64,000 bases of DNA from a virus (Duplodnaviria; Caudoviricetes), in the IMG/VR virus record IMGVR_UViG_2551306247_000001, positions 30,298-94,297 of that record. The stretch is one strand, 5' to 3'. Numbering within the stretch: position 1 is the first letter of the stretch; every line of letters starts with the position of its first letter. The translations under genes and the position numbers were made by a program. The notes below the pieces were generated by a model, which made no database searches, was not told where the DNA came from, and saw only the letters and a list, made by a program, of their open reading frames with translations. Below are positions 58,583 through 64,000 of the stretch, in pieces.

Positions 58583-60532
58583 ATGCCAGAACTATCAAAG
58601 CGTAGACAGCGACAGTTAAAAGCCCAGGGATATGACCTGGCCTTTCTCAGTCGGATTCAACCACAAGGAAATATTGATTTCAAAAAGGATGACCGTTCCT
58701 GGGTAAGTGGAGATGGCTACCATACAGTGCTTCATTTTTATGAGTACCCCTCAGAAGACTTGGACCGTTTTTGGTTATCCGACCTCATGCTGATTCCAGG
58801 AACACGTTCTTTTCTATCGCTTTACCGTGCAAATAATAAGGAACTGAAGGAAGACATAAAAGATGCCATCGAGGAAAAGTCAACTCGTATTACAGGCAAC
58901 AGCAAGATCGTTGATAACCAGCGAGAAATGGATGAAATTAAAGATTTGACTCAATTGGATAGAGAGATCTCCAAGAAGAATATTGCAATGCTTGGTATGT
59001 ATGTTCGGAATTATTCTTCAGCATCGACTAAAGAAGGTCTCTTTAAGAAAGTAGAGGACATTAAAGATAAGACTTCTAACTTCAAATCAACAATTCTCTC
59101 AGGTGAATTGGATTTTGAGTACCATGCACCATTCATACCAGCACAATATCAAATAGATTTGCCTAATCATAGAAGAGGTATTCCGATTAGAGCACGTGAT
59201 TTGGCAGGTGGATACTTCTTTAACCATACCAAGCTAGAAGACCAAAGGGGTGTCTATATGGGATGGACACCGACCAAGGGAGCTGTAAACTTCAATTTCC
59301 TAGAACGGGATGAACGTCGGACCCGCTCGTTTATGATTATTTCAGGGAATCCGAAGATGGGACAACGCTCCTTCATTCTGAAGCATACAGACGGCCTCTA
59401 TTCCAAAGGAAACTATATTCGTAATTTTGATGCCAATGGAACGTTCCTAGATCAAACAAGGCAGCAACATGGCATCATACTTGATTTATCAGGTGAAGCC
59501 AACCGCATTAACATTTTTCAGGTGTTTCCAACAGTTACCAACGAGGCAGGGACAGAAGTTGATAAGAAGAAATCCTATAATCTTCATATTCAAAAACTCA
59601 AGAGCATTTTCAAGCTACTTAATAGTGAAGTAACAGGTGATGATCTGACGACTTTTGGCGATATGCTTAATGAATTTTATATTGAAGAAGGCTTGTGGGC
59701 CCGTAATCCTAAGCTGAATCCAGAGAGACTGAAGGCTACGGACTTGGTAAACGAAGAATATCCTATCCTATCTGATTTTATTTTGTATGCAGAGGACTAT
59801 AAGCGTAGTTTGATGAGCCAAAGTAACCCTGATGAAATAGAAATTAAATCAGTCAATCGTATTCATAAGACCTTCAATGAACTGCTAACAACAAATGCTG
59901 AGATGTTTGAAGGTACAACAGAATTTCAGGACATTTCTTCGGAGCAAGTAGTAACCTTTGACTTTTCAGGATTGAAGGGGACAACGCATTTGCTCAACGC
60001 TCAGATCTTTTCAGTTCTATCTTTGGTATCAGCTGATATTGTCAATAATGGTAAACGCTGTAAGCAGCTCATCAAGGCTAATCCAAGTCTGATGGAAATG
60101 GATATGGAGCATTATATTGTGAACATTAGCGAGGCTCAAACCTTAATTAATCCCAAGTATGAGAGCAGCGTGGAATTGCTGGCGGATATGATTGATTCGA
60201 TGGGAGAGAACTTTGCAGGGGTGGTATTATCTGTAAACTCTCTTCGAGGCATCCTTTTTGAAACAGGAATCGGCAGTCATAAGGATCCCTATGTGACAGC
60301 AGTTCAGCGGATCTTTGGATTGATGCAGTATCGTGTATTTGCACAGACAGATGAGACGAGCATCCCTCTGCTTGCTAATGCTCTAGCAGGGTCTATGAAC
60401 CAATCTGAGTTGGAAACACTACCTCGATTAGCTAAGGGCCAGCTCTTTATGAACATTGCAGGAGTTGGGAACTTAGTCTTCAACCAACAATTATTGACAC
60501 CAGAAATTCAACGTTATGGTGGCATTCAGTAG
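58583..60532 (+). CDS. virB4: VirB4/TrsE-like protein with degenerate Walker motifs
   Basis: IQPQGNIDF, D.RGVYMG.T, INIFQV; Walker A reads GNPKMGQR and Walker B reads VNISEA. Confidence 0.8.
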   Translation: MPELSKRRQRQLKAQGYDLAFLSRIQPQGNIDFKKDDRSWVSGDGYHTVLHFYEYPSEDLDRFWLSDLMLIPGTRSFLSLYRANNKELKEDIKDAIEEKSTRITGNSKIVDNQREMDEIKDLTQLDREISKKNIAMLGMYVRNYSSASTKEGLFKKVEDIKDKTSNFKSTILSGELDFEYHAPFIPAQYQIDLPNHRRGIPIRARDLAGGYFFNHTKLEDQRGVYMGWTPTKGAVNFNFLERDERRTRSFMIISGNPKMGQRSFILKHTDGLYSKGNYIRNFDANGTFLDQTRQQHGIILDLSGEANRINIFQVFPTVTNEAGTEVDKKKSYNLHIQKLKSIFKLLNSEVTGDDLTTFGDMLNEFYIEEGLWARNPKLNPERLKATDLVNEEYPILSDFILYAEDYKRSLMSQSNPDEIEIKSVNRIHKTFNELLTTNAEMFEGTTEFQDISSEQVVTFDFSGLKGTTHLLNAQIFSVLSLVSADIVNNGKRCKQLIKANPSLMEMDMEHYIVNISEAQTLINPKYESSVELLADMIDSMGENFAGVVLSVNSLRGILFETGIGSHKDPYVTAVQRIFGLMQYRVFAQTDETSIPLLANALAGSMNQSELETLPRLAKGQLFMNIAGVGNLVFNQQLLTPEIQRYGGIQ

Positions 60533-60545
60533 AAAGGATGAGGGT

Positions 60546-60806
60546 ATGTCAAATAAGAGACAATACAAACTTGGCCCAATTGCAAGACGAAAACAAGCTA
60601 TCAATAACTATTTTACGGTCCGTAGAATTAGAAACCAAGAAATTAGAGAGTATTTTGCCTCTGAAGGAGAATCTGACCCTGAACGTTTGGCTGCTCAAGA
60701 AGCCCGTGATCGAGAGTTTCTAAAAAGTCTGAAGAAGTTAGGCATCGGATTCATTGTCTTTCTAATGTTCTATGCTGCCATAAAAACTATTCTAGGCTTG
60801 TGGTAG
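60546..60806 (+). CDS. Small C-terminally anchored membrane protein
   Basis: Basic N-terminus, C-terminal TM. Confidence 0.6.
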   Translation: MSNKRQYKLGPIARRKQAINNYFTVRRIRNQEIREYFASEGESDPERLAAQEARDREFLKSLKKLGIGFIVFLMFYAAIKTILGLW

Positions 60807-60819
60807 AAAGTAGGGTGAC

Positions 60820-62157
60820 GTGAAAAAAGTTGTTTTCTTAAAAATACTGGTTCCACTGATTTCATTCCTTTTTCTAATCAGCATAGGCGTAACGATATTA
60901 GTAGGGGTTTTAGGTGCTGCTATTGGTGGGACACAAGAAAATTGTTCAACGGAAATAGTAACATCGACCTCTACGCAGTCTTCTGTATATTCAGGTGACG
61001 GTTCCATCGATTCATTTGTTAAGGAGCACAAGGAGGCTTATATCCTCTCCTGGAAGGCAGGTGGTTTTTTGCCATCTGCCTCCATTACTCAAACGATGAT
61101 TGAAAATGGATTCAATTTCTCTAATCCTAACGGCACTTCTTTCTGGCAAGCTCACAATATGGGAGGGGTAAAAACCTCTACGAAGAGTGACTTTCCAGTT
61201 ACAATTGCCACCTATGGCGAAGATAGTGTGGACCTATCGGGTACTAAGCCTGGGGCCAATGTTGGAGATGGAATAGGTGGAGCTTATACCTGGTTTTCAA
61301 GTTATGCAGCAGGGATCGTCGGTAAGGCAGAGTTTATGGCCCATCAGACTCTCTATACTGGAGCGATCAATAATACAGACGGCATTGCTACTTTAAGTGC
61401 CATTGCTGATGGTGGATGGGCTACAGATACCACCTATAAGACCAAGCTGATAGATATGTATAACACCCTTGGTAAAAAGTACCAGTGGTTGGATAAAGAG
61501 GCTATCAGTGCTCATGGAGACAAGCCATACAAGGCTGCTGCTAGTTCTGGTGATAGTAGTCCGTCAGATACTTTCACAAGTACAAGCAAAGATTGTAGTG
61601 ACTCTTCTTCAGCTGTCGTTACTGATGGGACAGGGAAGGTTCCAGCAGATGCAACTGCCTGGGGCTATAGTCCAGATAATATTCCAGAGAGTTTGAAGCA
61701 GTATATTATTGACCCGAAAAGTCTCGGTATGGCATACGCAAGCTCTACGGGATGGTTTAACCCAGGTAGTGATTCTTTAGCAGGTCAATGTGTCAACCTA
61801 ACTATCAGCATGGGTAATCACCTCTGGGGTCATTCAGGATCTGTTATTGGAAACGGGAAAGACCAGGCTGCAGCTTGGGCTAACATCTTTGGAAATACTG
61901 TTACAACAACACCTAAAAAAGGAGCTATCTTCTCTACGCAGACTGGAGGCGGAGGATATGGGCACACAGGGATTGTCTGCCATGTGTTTGAAGATGGTTC
62001 AATCTTGATTGTAGAACAAAATACAGTGCTATCAGGTTGGGATTATTTCAAGAAGCCTTATACCTGGAACTACCGTGTATGGAGTCCAGAACAGCAAAAG
62101 GCAGCGATCACTACCTTTGCCTACCCAGATGGTAAAGAACCAAAGCTAGGAAAGTAG
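60820..62157 (+). CDS. VirB1-like cell-wall hydrolase (glucosaminidase-like + CHAP)
   Basis: TM anchor, LPSASITQ..IE, AHNMGGVK, GWATD..Y; CHAP GQCV..YGHTG..VEQN. Confidence 0.85.
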   Translation: MKKVVFLKILVPLISFLFLISIGVTILVGVLGAAIGGTQENCSTEIVTSTSTQSSVYSGDGSIDSFVKEHKEAYILSWKAGGFLPSASITQTMIENGFNFSNPNGTSFWQAHNMGGVKTSTKSDFPVTIATYGEDSVDLSGTKPGANVGDGIGGAYTWFSSYAAGIVGKAEFMAHQTLYTGAINNTDGIATLSAIADGGWATDTTYKTKLIDMYNTLGKKYQWLDKEAISAHGDKPYKAAASSGDSSPSDTFTSTSKDCSDSSSAVVTDGTGKVPADATAWGYSPDNIPESLKQYIIDPKSLGMAYASSTGWFNPGSDSLAGQCVNLTISMGNHLWGHSGSVIGNGKDQAAAWANIFGNTVTTTPKKGAIFSTQTGGGGYGHTGIVCHVFEDGSILIVEQNTVLSGWDYFKKPYTWNYRVWSPEQQKAAITTFAYPDGKEPKLGK

Positions 62158-62169
62158 AAGGATAAATCA

Positions 62170-62757
62170 ATGAAAGAATGGATGAAAGAAAATTGGGTAT
62201 ATGTAATCGTTGTTGGATTAATGCTTATTTTCTCAGGAGTAGCAGCCTCCAAGAACTTCACGAGCAGCAAGCTTCAGGAAGAACCAAGAAGTGAGCAAAC
62301 TAGCCCGTCAGAGGCTGAAATTGAGTCAGAACCAGTCCCAGAAACTGCGGATGAAAAGAACTATAGAACTGCCAAATTGAAATTAGAGCACCCGTATACA
62401 GAAAGCAGTGAGGAGGAGAATGAGCAGGTAGCCCAAGCATTTGAAGAAGCCATTCAGATGATCGGTCAAGCCAGTCACCTGACTGAAGTAAAAGGAACGA
62501 TAGAGAATCATCTGTCAATGAGTCAGGATGCTATGGTTCAAACTTTGACGATGGCGCTCCTGGTAAATGAATACAGCTACCAAGCCTCTCGGTTGGAAGT
62601 GACAAAGTCAGAAAGCGAGGACGTTGTCCAATTCCTTATTGTATTGACTAAGGCTGGGGAAGATAATTGTTACTTTGTTGGAAACTTCAACACTACCGTC
62701 AATCAGATTCAGCTGAAGAATTATGTTGGTGGAAATATTGGTGGAACCTTTGGTTAA
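62170..62757 (+). CDS. Membrane-anchored conjugation-region protein
   Basis: N-terminal TM, acidic extracellular domain. Confidence 0.65.
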   Translation: MKEWMKENWVYVIVVGLMLIFSGVAASKNFTSSKLQEEPRSEQTSPSEAEIESEPVPETADEKNYRTAKLKLEHPYTESSEEENEQVAQAFEEAIQMIGQASHLTEVKGTIENHLSMSQDAMVQTLTMALLVNEYSYQASRLEVTKSESEDVVQFLIVLTKAGEDNCYFVGNFNTTVNQIQLKNYVGGNIGGTFG

Positions 62758-62778
62758 TTAAATAATCGGATACATAAC

Positions 62779-62883
62779 AATATGCACAAAAAGTTATATA
62801 ACAATTTGTGCATATTTTGTTGACAAAAGGAATTGTATGTTGTAAAATAAGTATATAAAAAGTTATATAACTTTTTATATAAC
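62779..62883 (+). promoter_or_regulatory. parA promoter with flanking palindromic operator/centromere-like sites
   Basis: TTGACA (62820)-17-TAAAAT; GTTATATAAC at 62793 inside a 12-bp IR; 30-bp perfect palindrome at 62852-62881. Confidence 0.75.
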
Positions 62884-62909
62884 AATATCAAGGATAAGGG
62901 AGTCACTTC

Positions 62910-63728
62910 ATGAAAATTCAAACAACAAACCTAGACAAAGGTGGCGGTGGGAAAAGCAGCCAGACCTTCAACCAGGGTGATTGGTTGTCACGTATTAAAA
63001 ATAAACGGACCCTGTTGATTGATGGCGCAAGAGAATGTAATTTAACGCATTCCTTCGACGTAACCAGCGAGAAGACTATCTATGATATTTTTACAACTGG
63101 CGAGTATGAAATTTGTCGCATCAACGATAATCTTAGTCTCATTCGTGGGGATGAACGCTTAACGGATGAACAATTAGACCTATCCAGTAGAAATAATAAA
63201 TACCTTCAGCTGTTCATGTGGTTTAGTGAGCATTACGATGAGCTAGCAGAACAGTTTGATATTATCTTGATCGATACCCACAATGACGAAAGTCTTGTGA
63301 CAGCTAATTTTATTGCTGTTTCTGATATCGTCTTAGGAGTAACTGATGCTTCAACGAATGGTTTTCGTGCCTGGCTTGCTCTCAAAAGGTTTGTAGATCG
63401 GATTAAGAGTGAGGCAATTGAGGTTATCACCAAGAAGAGTTATGTCAAAGCAGAGCCTTATATTATTGGCAATAAAATCGAGTATTACGGAAACAATGTA
63501 ACAGATACCTGTAACCAATTCCTGGATGTTATTCAAGAAGATGAGGCGTACCTGGGTTCTATTCAGAAGAAAGAGTTGGTCGCTAAGAGCCTAGTCATTA
63601 ACCAGAGTGTGTTTGAGCAGCGTGAACAAATGACAGACAAACAAAAACAAGCGCACCAAAAGTTTTATGATAATATAGAGTATGTCTATCAAAACATCTT
63701 AAAAGTACTAGAAGGAGAGGCTGCATAA
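62910..63728 (+). CDS. parA: ParA/Soj-family ATPase
   Basis: KGGGGKS deviant Walker A, LLIDG, DIILIDT. Confidence 0.88.
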   Translation: MKIQTTNLDKGGGGKSSQTFNQGDWLSRIKNKRTLLIDGARECNLTHSFDVTSEKTIYDIFTTGEYEICRINDNLSLIRGDERLTDEQLDLSSRNNKYLQLFMWFSEHYDELAEQFDIILIDTHNDESLVTANFIAVSDIVLGVTDASTNGFRAWLALKRFVDRIKSEAIEVITKKSYVKAEPYIIGNKIEYYGNNVTDTCNQFLDVIQEDEAYLGSIQKKELVAKSLVINQSVFEQREQMTDKQKQAHQKFYDNIEYVYQNILKVLEGEAA

Positions 63729-64000
63729 TGACAAATAATCGTTTTGCCCAATTAAAAGAAAAATTTGAAAAAGAACCACCAAAAGAACGGACGCCAGTTC
63801 AGCGTGCAGGGGCTAATCGAAAAGCACCTGATAGTTATGATAGAAAAGGGCGTTTTGTCTTTTCGCTACACCATGACGTACGCCACAGCAAGCTAGAAGA
63901 CCTAGTAGTTCACAATAGAGCGAGGTCAGCATCTGATTACTTGGAAAAATTGATTATCCAGGAATGGGAGAAACTTCAACAAGAATTATCAGGAGAATAG
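63728..64000 (+). CDS. ParG/omega-like RHH partner of ParA
   Basis: TAATG coupling to parA; flexible N-terminus, then RFVFSL..SASDYLEKLI. Confidence 0.6.
   Translation: MTNNRFAQLKEKFEKEPPKERTPVQRAGANRKAPDSYDRKGRFVFSLHHDVRHSKLEDLVVHNRARSASDYLEKLIIQEWEKLQQELSGE

Larger units (their letters stand above)
14514..64000 (+). mobile_element. TnGBS1-like integrative conjugative element (right end outside window; left boundary approximate)
   Basis: Rep(PriCT), nuclease, MOBL relaxase, LtrC-like protein, Topo III, Clp ATPase, antigen I/II, surface exclusion protein, VirD4, VirB4, CHAP and ParA in an order recalling TnGBS1; no integrase or transposase inside the window. Confidence 0.8.

Noticed and set aside
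14514-64000. Antibiotic resistance cargo or the element's integrase/transposase
   Set aside because: No ORF in the window shows such motifs; the mobility enzyme probably lies beyond base 64000

Overview
Streptococcus-like DNA made almost entirely of two adjacent mobile elements, with nearly all genes on the + strand. Bases 1 to about 14.3 kb are the right end of a siphovirus prophage resembling the phi-m46.1/phi10394.4 group. It carries tape measure, Dit, tail spike, holin and an amidase-LysM-CHAP lysin. It then has two large serine recombinases, each broken by a single in-frame stop just before its zinc ribbon, and an AT-rich three-gene cargo operon (Mrr-type DNase, HEPN-motif protein, PIN-motif protein) that looks like an uncharacterised defence locus. 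The prophage ends at two tandem rumA/rlmD 3'-end scars. From about 14.5 kb to the window end lies a TnGBS1-like conjugative element: PriCT Rep, oriT with RHH auxiliaries and a MOBL relaxase, a polyvalent primase/ArdC protein, Topo III, a ClpB-like ATPase, LPXTG adhesins, a Gram-positive T4SS and ParA. Three dispersed DNA motifs occur in this element: a 39-bp bipartite promoter motif before 7 operons, a GTTATATAAC operator at 4 loci, and a TTCAGCTGAA palindrome in 8 perfect copies. No rRNA, tRNA or CRISPR array was seen. All family calls come from reading motifs by eye; no database search was run.
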